A DNA stretch of 64,000 nt from NCBI RefSeq assembly GCF_006345805.1, contig NC_042997.1, positions 142,848,001 through 142,912,000 of the forward strand, read 5' to 3'. The notes beneath the pieces were generated by a model. The model ran no database searches. It was not told the DNA's origin and saw nothing but the letters and a program-made list of their open reading frames with translations. Shown piece by piece: positions 1 through 12,513 of the stretch. The DNA comes from Octopus sinensis. Taxonomy: Eukaryota. A program made the position numbers and the translations under genes. The number at the start of each line of letters is the position of its first letter. Positions within the stretch are counted from its first letter, which is position 1.

Positions 1-504
1 ATATATATATATATGAAATAAAGTGTCTTGCTCAAGGACACAACACAGCTGATCCTGGAATGAAACTCACTACCTCATGATTGTGAGCCATGGACACTAC
101 CTATAATAAACCACAAAATAGAATAGCATGTATTCCTTGCTTAGGGGTCAAAGATGAACTTGGCCAACAAAGTGTAGTTTCAAATACAATGCTCTAATGT
201 TAACATTTTTGATTCTCCTGAGACCACTCCTGGTTCTATGATATAAATACCCTGTTTTAAAGTGATCTAAATTTAAATTTTCCATCAAAATTTTGTGTTA
301 ATTTATGTTCTCAACGCCAATGCAATAATGACAGTTATTTAACTAAATTCTTAAGTATTTTTAAAATTGAAACAAAGGAAGTGTATTTCAATGGAAATAA
401 GGTAACATGGGTTAAGAGAACATAACCACACAAGAGGAAAACCTGTGTGATTAAATATTCCCTTATTCAGAGCAATAACTGTCGTGTCAAAGTATCTTTT
501 ATCC

Positions 505-890
505 TCTGTTTTACTTTTATGCAGTCATTTGACTGTGGCCATGCTGGGTTATCACCTTCAAGGTTTAGTCAAAGAAATCAACTCCGGGACTTACTTTTCA
601 AGTCTGGTACCTAATTTATTATTCCCTTATGCCAAATTTCTAAGTTACATGGATATAAACAAACCAACACCAGTTGTAAAGTGTGAAAGGGAATAGACAC
701 AAAGACACATGCTCGCACACACATATACAATGGGCTTCAACACAGTTTCTATCAGATCCTCTCATAGGGCATTGATCAGCCTGTGGTTATATTTGAAGAT
801 ACTTGCTTAAGGTGCCACACAGAGGGACTGAACCCAAGACCATATGGCTGCAAAGCATTCTTCTTTTCCACATAGCTGTGCCTGGACCTA
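505..890 (-). mobile_element. Main SINE family copy
   Basis: Reverse complement of the 7948-8345 element (cagtcatttgactgtggccatgctgg ... gggactgaaccc). Confidence 0.8.
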
Positions 891-1105
891 TGTTCACTTT
901 TAGTAGACAGTTTACACTGGTCATTACAAAAATGCATGGTAATTAAATGGGATTTGTGTGTTGAGTTAAAGGTGTATTATCAACTCATTAAGGCACATGG
1001 TTTAGTGGTCAGGGTATTCAGCTCATGACTCTAAGGTCTTGTGTTCAATTCCCAGTGGCGTGTTGTATCCTTGAGCAAGACACTTTATTTCATGTTGCTC
1101 TAGTC

Positions 1106-1617
1106 CAGAGGTGGGGAAACATTTTAGTGTGGTGAGCAAATATTTACAAAGAAAAAAGTCTGTGGGTGGATCACAAGTTCTAACTCTGTGTAGATCTTGT
1201 ATATATCTATGTATAATTCGATATACATTAATAAAGATAAGTTTAGCACATTAAATTAATGCGTAACATCCTCATTAACACCACCACTGAATTTAGGACA
1301 TCTATATTACTTATGAGGTTTCTATATTTTTCAGCTAGAGTGCTATTGGGTCTCAAGGGGGTGGTACAAACCTAGCATTATATGTTTTATAGTGAAAACA
1401 AAATTTCCATTCAAATGGCTGTTACCGGACAAGTTTCTGTTCTAGTTTAATTGTTTTATGTCGTAGTGGAAACATGACCTATGTCACAAATAGGCATATG
1501 AATACTGTATAAATTTTATAATTGCAAAATTTACTATATTTTGTACATTACAAGTATATCAGCCTGTGGGCAAAATAAAATGGGCAATCGTGCCCATAGG
1601 TGCCCCCCCCCCCCCCG
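1106..1617. mobile_element. Non-autonomous hAT (Charlie-like) element
   Basis: Starts CAGAGGTGGGGAA and ends in a C-run + G. Flanking 8-mers CTCTAGTC / CTCTACTC look like a hAT target-site duplication. Confidence 0.6.
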
Positions 1618-1720
1618 CTCTACTCACTTAGCTGGCAAAAATGAGTTGTACCTGTATTTCAAAGGGCCAGCCTTGTCATACTCTGTCACACTGAATCTCC
1701 CTGAGAACTATGTTAAGGGT

Positions 1721-1792
1721 ATACATGTGGTCTAGTGGTTAGGATTCCTGGCTTTCACCCAGGTGGCCCGGGTTCGATTCCCGGCATGGGAA
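1721..1792 (+). tRNA. tRNA-Glu(TTC) copy, 5'-damaged acceptor stem; probably the head of a retroposed element rather than a functional tRNA gene
   Basis: TGGTCTAGTGGTTAGGATT-CCTGG-CTTTCAC-CCAGG-TGGC-CCGGG-TTCGATT-CCCGG-CATGGGAA. Anticodon TTC at 1754-1756. The first 3 nt read ATA rather than the TCC needed to pair with the 3' GGA. Confidence 0.85.
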
Positions 1793-1871
1793 CGGCATTT
1801 CTGTTTAATTGTGGTGCCCCAGCATGGCCGCAGCTCGTGAACTGAAACTAGATAAAATGATAAAATGATGT
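1724..1871 (+). mobile_element. tRNA-Glu-headed SINE-like insertion
   Basis: tRNA-Glu + 18-nt spacer + tail GGTGCCCCAGCATGGCCGCAG...ACTGAAAC + (ATAAAATG)2. The tail is shared with the main SINE family (cf. 56745-56800). It interrupts another SINE, with ATGT at both junctions. Confidence 0.75.
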
Positions 1872-4362
1872 CTGTGGAGTGCTCGACCACTTGCATGTTA
1901 ATTTCACAAGCAGGCTGTTCCATTGACCAGATCAACTGGAACACTCATTGTCATAACCAACGGAGTGCTTATAATTATCAATACATGCACTCAAGTGTTA
2001 GAATTGGCAGCAGTTAAATTTTCTTTGTAGTTTCGGTTCAAATCCAGTCAATTTTGCCTTTCATCTTTACAGAGACAGTAAAATAATAGTTAAATAGCAG
2101 AGTGGCTTAGGGAATATAATCAACTATAGACACACAAAAACATGCACACACATTCATACACACATAAAAATATGTGGCCTTGTCCCTATATTAAGAATCA
2201 AAGGGAAAATCTGCCTAAGAATAGAGACCGCATTGTAATTTTTTCCCCCATCAATACTAGATAAACCACTTATATATAGATGTGTTTCTCATGCTACCAC
2301 CATTTGTGCCTTCGGCAATGGAAATTAACTATACTTTCATTAACATTCACTAATTATGTTATGTACAGTCTGAGCTGCTAAGTGAGACTTTTTGAAAGTG
2401 TGTTGTCTATTCAAGAAAACACACAGACACAAATTATGTACTGATATAATGAAAGAAAGAACTTTAAGATAATCCTTAGGAGATGGAAATAGCTAGCAAG
2501 ATATGCAGAAATGTTATAAAATAACAATTCTTTTGAAATGTGAAAAGAAAAGTAAAACATTTTAGACTACATAATAAAATATAGATGAAAAATCTCAGAA
2601 GAAAATCATAAATTTTATAAAGAGAAATATTGAAAAAGATATTAATTGGCGGCTAAATGCAGTGATTTTGTTCTCAAAGTGACTAGGATTTATTCAAATA
2701 GCTCAGAAATAGCTGTGTAATTAAGAAATATGCTTCCCAACCATGTGGTTTTGAGTTCAGCCCCACTCTGCAATACCTTGGAAAACTGTCTTCTATAGCC
2801 CATGGCTGACTAAAGCCTTGTAAGTGGATTAATAGATGGAAACTGAAAGAACCTTGCCATGTGTGTGTGTTTATTTCTACTCTAAAAATTTCTGAGCTAC
2901 AAATAGTGATGTTACTATCAGTTGCCCTTTCAACAAATCATCTGCCCTTCAACAACTTACAAAATAAGAGATCCCTTACTGTAAAAAGAAAGGCAACAGT
3001 TAGCAATAGATAGAGTATCTGGCTATAAAACAATCCCTCAATAATATATTCATCTAACTTGTGCTAGCTTTGAAAAACAGATGTAAAAGCAAATGAATTT
3101 ACCTAGCAGAATTTAAACCAGTAGAGGAAGAAAATAAATTTTTATTATAATTGCAGAAATTGGTGTTAATATTTGTATTTTACTAAATCTTATTATTACA
3201 TTTCGTTTTTGTATTTGGTTTGCAAGAATCTTTATGTGAATTTGTGTGTTGAAGCATATTTTATTGTGTCTGAGGAGAGTCATTCTCTTTTAGTGCCTTA
3301 TTAATTTAGCACACTCACCAGTTTGATTTCCACTTGTTTACTTATTTATTTATTTTTACTAAATAAGTGAAAATAAAGTAATAAATAAATAAATGTGTGG
3401 AAATCAGACTGGCAAGTGTGTTAAATTAATAAGGCACTAAAAGAGAATGGCTCTCCCCAGACACAATAAACTTATTACTACATATTTTGGAGATGTACTT
3501 TATCTATTTATCAATTTAAAACTACCTGCTCCTGGCCCTCGAGAGCTTTTAGCAGAGTTCATTCTAGTAGCAGCTTTCAGGCCATATCTCTTGTCTGAAG
3601 ATTATGTTCTCTTTTCATCTTACCAGTTTTTAAAGCCCTGAAAAGGGGGCATGAGTGAAGCCCTTCTTCTGCTGATTTAGCCATAACCCAAAAATATAAT
3701 TAACAAAAAACAAAGTGGGCTCTGTATAAAGCACTTGGGTGATAATACTAAACCAGGACGCAAATTAGGTCTTCCATCTATGATAGAGTTTATTCATTTT
3801 TTTGGTTGTTCGTTTCACCATAGATTGATGGGTTTGGATGGAGAATTATTTGAGGCAGGCTTTTACAGCTGGGTGCTCTTACTGTTGCCAACTGTTACTT
3901 CAAGTAAGGGGTTCCTTTATTGCACACAACATTGAAAACACAGAGGGAGCAGTCATAATGTCAACAAGGAATGTCAACATTAGCATTGCTTCATTCACAC
4001 AATAGCAAAGAATTGAATATAACTATTTACATACACACACACATGCACACATACACATGTAGACTTCTTGAAATTTCTGTCTACCAACACCTTTACATGG
4101 TATCGGTTAGCCCTGGGCTATACCAGAAGACACTTGCCCAAAATGCCATGCAGTGGAACTGAACACCTGAAACCCCTGGTAACAAGGTGAATCCTTAAAC
4201 CACACAGCCATACCTGCACCTAACCCTAACCCTAATTCACAGCTCTTAATTTTCTTCTTTTTCAGGCAGTATTTTTTTTTAAAAGACTCTCTTTGTGAAC
4301 TTGCCTTTCAACATTGAATATTCTGTATTTTTACTAACTGAATTTTTTTTGTGTTTTGATAG

Positions 4363-4532
4363 GTTCATCTTTATCATGGGGTCCACTATTTCGAGAGATC
4401 CCTCTTACTGTTTTGTTTGGTGTCTTTCTTTATCTTGGTGTGTCTTCTATGAGTGGGGTGCAAATGTATGAAAGAACTAAACTGCTACTAATGCCAGTGA
4501 AACACCATCCATCTGTTGGCTATGTGCGACGG
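4363..4532 (+). CDS. SLC4A2: SLC4 anion exchanger (band 3/AE2-like), internal coding exon (170 bp, phase 1 to 0)
   Basis: ttttgatAG|GT...CGG|GTAAGT. Encodes GSSLSWGPLFREIPLTVLFGVFLYLGVSSMSGVQMYERTKLLLMPVKHHPSVGYVRR, matching the AE family segment [23 protein letters not shown].LL...P.K.HP...YV.RV. The symbol denotes the AE1-3 clade, not proven one-to-one orthology. Confidence 0.95.
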
Positions 4533-6299
4533 GTAAGTTCTCTTTATATTATGTCCATTTATTAATATGAATCCAGCTTTGAATAACAGTACATGAAAGA
4601 TATTGCTATCAATTCTTTCATGGAATCGAACTTGGTGTCTTTTGGTTGAGAAGTGATCTTATTCACTATATAGTTCTATGAAAAGATATGCCCCTGGCCA
4701 CTTTGAGTAATTTCTTTTAGCTCATTTTTGCTTCAGTTATACATATTAGCTAAGCCATAAATGTTTTCTAAGGGACTGAGAGTTGTGGCGATTTGCTATA
4801 CTTGAGAAGACATATCAAGCTAAGTAAAACTGTTGTCGTCCATACATTCAGGCTTGTCCATTACAGGTGCGGGTGCCACATAAAATGCATTCGTGCTGGT
4901 GCTGCATAAATGCAACCATGCCAGTGGCACATAAAATGCACCTAGCACACTCTGTAAAGTGGCTGGTGTTAGGAAGGACATCCAACCGTAGAAACCATGC
5001 CACAACAAACAACTGGAGTTTGGACAGCACCCTCCTAACTAGCTCCTGTCAAACCATCCAACTCATGCCAGCATGGAAAATGGACATTAACCCTTCTGTT
5101 ACCATATTTCTGTTGAGAAGACACTTGCCCAAGGTGCCACACAGTCGAACTGAATGCCAAACCTTGTGGTTGGGAAGCAAGCTTCTTTAGTTTATCAAAT
5201 TGGTCATGAAGGCCTTACAGAGAAGCAATGTGGGCTGGACATATACATTACTGAGATGAAAATGACAAATACGAATGATGTAAATGGGAAGGGTATTTGG
5301 CGCCTGCAGACCGAACACCCTTCGAAATCACAGGTTCTTTTATTACATAAAAATCAAAAAGTCAATCAAACATCAAAAGTACACTACCACTTTTCCCTTC
5401 CTCCTCCTTCCGGAGCCCCAGTCAAATATCTAATCGCCTGCAAAGCAGACTGTGTTGACAGCCGGGAGTTCAGAAAGAAGGCGAAGTGCCTTTTATCAAA
5501 TGTTTGTGTCACACAGTGCCACAATTTATAACTCACCACCTCCGCAGGTAACTGCGGAGGCCACCTTGGACTGCTTGAGCACACCGAGAACACCCATTCT
5601 CAGTAGCCCAAGCCGCCCAAGTATTCATCAACAGCCACGCTTGCACCTATCTCCACTTCTCAAGTGGAACTGATCTTATGTCACCTACAGTCAGAGATAG
5701 TTCTAATAAATAAAAAATTTATGTTATATGGTATTTAATATACCCGCATTTGTCTATGCTGTACAACTAATTATTTTAGAGGAGCAGAGGGCATTTTTTG
5801 CATAGATAAAAAGAAGGCAGAGAGAGAAAATGCAAATTACATAATTGTCTTAATATCTGTATTAATTTACGTTTGTTTTTCATAAGAACATAAATTCATC
5901 ATATCTTCAGTAGTGAGGAGGTAGTTTGAATGATGTCTAAAATGTTCCATGAAAGACAAAACTAACTGGACAATCCTCATGTTTGTGCTCAGCTACCAAA
6001 CCTCCTGCTGAAAAGACATGATTGGTGGTGGTCAGTAGAATGCCACTTGGACACAGACTAAGGCATGATCAGTCGTAACTGGATGAGAGTGCACATTGCA
6101 AGACCTGAAACAGGCAATGGCTCCCAGATATAATGCTGATGATGTGTCCAAATATTGCATTTAGATATATGATTAACATATGTATGGAGGTGGGGACATC
6201 CACCCATAGAAATCATGCCAGAACAGACATTGAAGTTTGAAGCAGCCCTCCAGTTCATTAGATCTTATCAAACTGTCCAATCCATGCAAGCATCATCAT

Positions 6300-6950
6300 C
6301 ATCATTTAACATCCGTTTTCCATGCTAGCAGGGGTTGGACGGTCTGGGAAGCCAGGAGGCTGCACCAGGCTCCAGTCTGATCTGGCAGTGTTTCTACAGC
6401 TGGATGCCCTTCCTAACGCCAACCACTCCCATGAGTGTAGTGGGTGTTTTTTATGTGCCACCGGCAGAGGGGGCTGGCAAACAGCCACTATCGGTTGGTG
6501 CTTTTATGTGTCACCGATACAGACGTCAGTCAGGCAGCGCTGGCATCTGTCACATTCGGACGGTGCTTTTTACGTGTCACCGGCACAGGTATTTTAACGG
6601 TTTGATTTTTATTTTGATGTTGGTGTTGACGTACTTGACTCAATAGGTCTCAAGAACAGCGGATCACTCTACGATCCAAGGTTAGCGCAGCAGGCCGTCC
6701 TGCGAGCCATGAACTCACTTCACAGTCACAGCATATCTCAGAGGTCTCGGTCTTCATCATTTCCTCTGTGAGGCCCTACGTGCCACTGGCACAGGTATCA
6801 CAACTACAATAACAATACGATTTTTATTTTGATGTTGATGTACTTGACACAATAGGTATTCTCAAGCACAGCAGGCTGTCCTACAAGCCATGAACTCACT
6901 TCATTTGTCGGGTCTTCAAAGACACAGCATATCTCCAGAGGTCTCGGGAA
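6300..6950 (-). mobile_element. RTE-type LINE/SINE 3' fragment with (GAT)n tail and internal partial duplication
   Basis: (CAT)n then tttaacatccgttttccatgctagc...gatgcccttcctaacgccaaccac. The same tail occurs at ~4930-5085, 26130-26315 and 60095-60390. Segment ~6582-6750 is repeated at ~6788-6947. Confidence 0.65.
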
Positions 6951-7104
6951 GACAAAAATTAAATGACAGTGGCAGCAGTGGCAGGGAGGAAAAGGAGGAG
7001 TTCTGACCATTATATTATAAACAAACTGAGTCATGTTTTTGTTATTGATGTTTCAGGGTTTTTTGTCTTTTCGTTTTTCTTTTCTATTTTTCATACATTT
7101 TTAA

Positions 7105-7145
<41 letters not shown>

Positions 7146-7152
7146 AATGCAG

Positions 7153-7326
7153 GTGCGAACAGTCCGAATGCATCTTTACACATTAACCCAGCTGTCTTTA
7201 TTGGTGGTCCTATGGGTAGTCAAGTCAACAGAAGCAGCCTTAGCTTTCCCTTTTCTTCTCATCCTCCTTGTACCACTTCGGTTAAAACTGCTCACATTTA
7301 TTTTTACTGAGAAAGAGCTTCATGAG
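7153..7326 (+). CDS. SLC4A2: SLC4 anion exchanger, penultimate coding exon (174 bp, phase 0 to 0)
   Basis: (TC)n tract + aatgcAG|GTG...GAG|GTAAAT. Encodes [58 protein letters not shown], matching AE VKT.RMHLFT..Q..CL..LW.VKST.ASLA.PF.LIL.VPLR. Confidence 0.95.
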
Positions 7327-7404
7327 GTAAATATATTTTCATTCCTACAGACTTTTTTGCATCAAAACATTTCAACTCATCACATAAACTGATGGAAACT
7401 TTTA

Positions 7405-7725
7405 TTCTTTTTCTGGTTTCAGTCATTTGACTGTGGCCATGCTGGAGCACTGCCTTAAAGGGTTTTAGATGAAGAAATCGACCCGCGGGGCTTATTCTTT
7501 TCTAAGCCTAGTACCTATTCTGTCAGTCACTTTTGCTGAACTGCTAAGTTAAGGGGACATAAACACACCAAGCAATGGCAGGGTGGGGGACAAACACACA
7601 CACACACACACATTGGTCAGCCTGATGCTATGGTGGAAGTCACTTGCCCAAGGTGCTATGCAATAGGACTGAAACTAGAACCATGTAATTGGGAAGCAAG
7701 CATCTTAACCACACAGCCACGCCCA
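7405..7725 (-). mobile_element. Main SINE family copy
   Basis: Reverse-complement match to 7948-8345. Confidence 0.85.
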
Positions 7726-7947
7726 ATATATTTATGTATATATGTCTGTGTGTATGCATAAGCATCATTGATTTAACATCTGGTTTTTAATGTTATCTTC
7801 TCCAGTGCCTTGAACCTGTGTTATCTGTCTTAAATTCAATTGTATAGATTATATGTCAGAACAAAACCCTTTACATACCCTTTTGAATATTTTGCTTCAA
7901 TTTCTATCTCACAGTTAATATTGAATAATAATTATCTCTACACTTAA

Positions 7948-8345
7948 GGCATAGGAGTGGCTGTATGGTAAGTAGCTTGCTTACCAACCACATGGTTCTG
8001 GGTTCAGTCCCACTGCATGGCACCTTGGGCAAGTGTCTTCTACTATAACCTCGGGCCGACCAAAGCCTTGTGAATGGATTTGGTAGACAGAAACTGAAAG
8101 AAATCCATATATATATGTGTGTGTGTGTGTATGTGTTTGTGTGTCTGTGTTTGTCCCCCCAAGATCACTTGACAACCGATGCTGGTGTGTTTACGTCCCC
8201 GTAACTTAGTGGTTCTGCAAAAGAGAACAATAGAATAAGTACTAGGCTTACAAAGAATAAGTCCTGGGGTCGATTTGCTCAACTAAAGGTGGTGCTCCAA
8301 CATGGCCACAATCAAATAACTGAAACAAGTAAAAGAGTAAAAAGA
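7948..8345 (+). mobile_element. Main tRNA-derived SINE, full length
   Basis: GGCATAGGAGTGGCTGTATGGTAAG (A box), GGTTCAGTCCC (B box), central (TA)n/(TG)n, tail GGTGCTCCAACATGGCC..(GTAAAAGA)n. Many copies in the window. Confidence 0.9.
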
Positions 8346-8992
8346 CCTAACCCTTAGAAATAAAATTTAGAAATGTCATATAGTAAGTAGAAAAACTGCA
8401 ATCAACTGAGATAAGATTTTCTTCAGAGTCATGTTAATCTTGGCTCCTTCAACAGCAGAAAATACACTGCTCATATCAAGGTACTATCATTGCATCTTAC
8501 CCTATTCCATGAAAAAGTGGACATTAAAACGATGATGAGGTGATTATACTGTTAAATAAAATATCTTTACAGTTTGCTCTTTTCTGTGTATGATTTTGTA
8601 AGTCAGTCTTCATAATCTTTGAGCTAATATTATGAGACATTTTGACAAAGCTATTTTGGCATCAATGATTCAATGCTGACTTGTTTGACATCAGATGTTT
8701 TAATGTTTCTCTGATTCCCCTCCTTCTCTCGCCCTCTCTCTCTCCCTCCCTTCCCTCTATGTGTGTAAGAATATTTCTCTGTGTATGAAGAAAGGGAATG
8801 TGTTTATGTCAATCATGTTCAATCAATAAATGTTTCACTCTCCCCCTCCCCTTCTCTATATATGTATGTGTCTATTTCTGTTTGCACATGTGTGTGCCTC
8901 TGGTGCCAAAAAGTACTGTCGACAAATCAGTCAACCATAGCAAATCATTAGTATCCAAACAGTTGCACTAAATTGTTTCATTCCATCTTTAA

Positions 8993-9214
8993 CCCTTTCA
9001 TTACCAACCTGGCTGAAACCAGCTCTGGCTCTGTTATACAAATGTCTTATTTTCTTAAGTTTTGAATTAAAATCTTCCACTGAACCTTAGTCACAATTTA
9101 TGTTCTTAACACTAGCTTAATGATAACTAAATTATTTTACTAAATTTTTTGTTTATATTTAAAGCAATTGAAAGAAACACAGAGCATCTCAAAATAAATA
9201 CAGTAATGAAAGGG
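8993..9214. mobile_element. piggyBac-like MITE
   Basis: TTAA|CCCTTTCATTAC ... GTAATGAAAGGG|TTAA: 12-bp perfect TIR with TTAA TSD. A decayed relative lies at ~200-415. Confidence 0.85.
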
Positions 9215-9316
9215 TTAAGCTTCCTAAATTGTTGGTTAGAGTTCTTACAAAGAAAATTGTTGTCTAAATGTGATTCAATGTATTTCTTTTTTTTTTTTTT
9301 GCCATTTATTTTTCAG

Positions 9317-9394
9317 TTGGACAAAGAGGAAGAAGATACTGAAGAGGAAGAAGATGAACCTGATTTCTATCAGTTAGCTCATATGCCAATATAA
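9317..9394 (+). CDS. SLC4A2: SLC4 anion exchanger, terminal coding exon
   Basis: ttatttttcAG|TTG...TAA. Encodes LDKEEEDTEEEEDEPDFYQLAHMPI*, the acidic AE C-tail ending MP[VI]. In frame with the previous exon. Confidence 0.93.
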   Translation: MDKEEEDTEEEEDEPDFYQLAHMPI

Positions 9395-10144
9395 GTCTTT
9401 AAAAAAACAATCTATTGTTCCACATGTGTTACTCAGAGAATCCCCTCAGTCTATCTGCTAACTGTTTTTGAAAGGTACTAATGTACAACCCAAGGCAGTT
9501 TAAGAATAATGCAGAGATTTTTTTTTCTTTTTTCAAATTCTGTAATAGAATTTTTTTTAAAAAAAACATGTCTGATATGATTTTGTTTTTGTTTTTGTTG
9601 GGTTTTTGAAACTTTATTTTTTATGTGAAACTGTCTAAAAACAACAGCAAAAAAAAAGATATAAAAATAAATAAATGAAAGCAAGTAGTATTCTAGAAGT
9701 GAAACTAAAAATAAAGGAATACTAAATGAATGTTTTGTTATTCAGCAAAAGAGTAAAAGACTACAGTAAAGACGAGAAAACTTTATTTCTTAAATCTGTA
9801 AAGACAAGAGCAAACTTGTTTTGTTTTGAGTGAAAGTATATGTTCTTCCATAAATATGAATAATTAATTGAAAAAAAAAAATTAAATTGAAGATTATAAT
9901 TTAGTTATTTAGTGATATTATATTTTCCCGGTTAATTGGAAAATTCTGTGATGCTGAAATGTTGGAAAATTCTTGTCACCAAGCAGCAAAAGACTTTAGT
10001 CGCATAATGAAAAAAAAGAAAAAGAAAAAATGATTTTTATAATGTATAGTTGTAGAAATTTTGATATGTTGACGAAATTGTTTATCCGGCTCTTGTCTAA
10101 ACGAAGAATAATTCGGTACAATTAAGAAAATAAAATTAATAATA

Positions 10145-10175
<31 letters not shown>

Positions 10176-11700
10176 TATTAATATGATGATGATGATAATA
10201 ATAATAATAATAATCAACAGAAAACTAATAAAGAATGAAGTACTTTTTACCTTTACACTGATTTCCTGAAAATATATAAAAGAAAAAAAAGAAAAAAAAA
10301 AGAATGGCTGGAAGAAAGCGGAAAAAAGACAAACAAGCAAAAAAAAAGAACAAGGAAAGAAAGGAAGAAAGAAAGCAAGAAAGAATGAACAAATGACAAT
10401 TTTTGGGGTTTTTTTTTTTTTTTTTATTAAAACTTCTCTGGATCCTTCCAAAAATAAAACATGTATTCCTCAGTTGAAATTATGAATTTTACTGAAAAAT
10501 CTCACCTGCCAACTCTCAGGTGTAAAACCATTAACAGTTAGCTCTGTTAATGTTGAATGCTGTAAACAGCGTAACCTGACGGTTAATAATTTGCACATTT
10601 TTTTTGCTTTTGCACTGCTGAGTAATTTTGTTCTTAATTTCAACTTGTGTGTGTGTGTGTGTGTGTGTGTGCAGATGCATATACACAGTGTGTCAAAAGA
10701 AGCACTCAATTCCTGCTTTAGGGTTATGCTTGACTTCTCAATTGGGGGATACTTTTTGACTCCTTCTTGTTTTATGGGTTTGGGATATCAAAGAGTATTT
10801 ACAATATGATACATGGTCCCAGGTTCAGTAACCTTCAAAACTGTCAGTAATAACCTTTAAAACAACAAAGGCATGACTTCCCAGAAACTGGGCACTACTT
10901 TTGATTCACCCTGTATATGGGTATGGGTGTATGCGTGTTATTTTATTTGTTTATTTTTCTTACCCTTCGTTTTGTTTTGTTTCTTAAATTTTTTTTTTAC
11001 AATTCTCTTCATCTCAAAATCATTTCTTTTCTTCACTTTTTTTCTCTCCTCTTCTCTTGGTTCTTTGCTTCTTCTCCTCCCACCTCCTCTCCCATGTTCC
11101 ACTCTCTTCTGACTTAACCTTCAAAAGTAAGTCATTCGTTAATTATGAAAACAAGCCAAAGAAGTGATGGTCATAATGGCTATTGCTGTGGTGGTGGTCA
11201 TGGTGGGTTAGCTTGCCAAGGGGATATCACTGAAAGAAAAATCACTAATTGTATGATTTTGAGAATTACCAACCCCACTCCCTCTTTTATATGTTATTTC
11301 CATTCTTACCTTCTTTTCCTCCCCTCTCTCTCCCTTTTTCTCCAAACTTATCCCTTCTGTTGCTGATTTTCCTAAATTCCATCACCACCACTATACCACC
11401 TCTCTGCTTCTATTGATTCCCACCTCCCTCTTTCCCCTATTTGACCACCACTGTTGATTTAACTTTTCTTAACATTGACTCTTTTGTGAAGCAATGTATC
11501 TGTATGTATGTATATGTGTGGGTATAATATCTGTGTATATATGTGTGTATATATATATATATATACTTTCTTATATATGTATGTGCATGTGTGTGTGTAT
11601 GTCTGTGTCTCTATATGTATGTATCTATATATACCTATATATATGGCTCTGATTTTAGCAAGTGGTATTATATACCCTACAGTATCTTATATATATATAT

Positions 11701-11761
<61 letters not shown>

Positions 11762-12360
11762 ATATGTATGTATGTATATATGTATGCATGCATGTATGTA
11801 TGTATGTATATATATTTGCATATATATAGAGAAAGAGATTGTGTATATATGTATCTACACATGTGTATATATATACATACATACAAACACACATACAATC
11901 AAATTTAAAACTAGCCCCCCTCTCCTCTCCTCTTCCATCATCTTGAGTTCTTTGTTGTTTGGATTTATTGAATATTTTTTTTATTTTGTTATCTTTTCCA
12001 TAATTGCTTTTTTTCCTTTTTTTTATACTTTTTCTTTTTACCAACTTTAATCCTTGAGAACCACATGTTATTGTACTCAGTACGATGTGACCTCCACTCT
12101 TGAAAACTCTATGGTATTGTGCTTGATGCCACAGAAACCAATTTGCACTTTTTGATATGCACAACATTTTGATAGCAAAAAAAAAAACATAAAATAATAA
12201 TATTTTCCTCCCATGTTGTTATTGTTATTATCATAAATACCTGGTCGTTAACATGACCTAATTATCATCTTAATTAATCATTGTCATTATCTTCGCCATC
12301 CTCATCATTCTCCTCAGCTTCAACATTGTCATAATCATCATCATCATCTGTCATCATTTC

Positions 12361-12395
<35 letters not shown>

Positions 12396-12476
12396 ATTAC
12401 TACTATTGTTTTGTTTCTTTGTTATGAGTGATATAAAAAATATACATGTTCTACTTTTACTGGCTAGATACTAACC

Positions 12477-12513
<37 letters not shown>

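Larger units (their letters stand above)
990..1970 (+). mobile_element. tRNA-derived SINE split by two nested insertions
   Basis: A/B-box head (tggtttagtggt...gttcaattcc) at ~997-1052. The body resumes at 1626 and again at 1872. A related body occurs near 60800-60990. Confidence 0.7.

Noticed and set aside
1721-1792. Functional tRNA-Glu gene
   Set aside because: Acceptor stem unpaired at positions 1 and 3, no TTTT terminator, SINE-type tail, and inserted in another repeat.
11508-12167. Long ORFs rich in Y/I/C/V/M (also at 23.4, 36.1, 39.2, 46-48 and 52 kb)
   Set aside because: Translations of (TA)n/(TG)n microsatellites.
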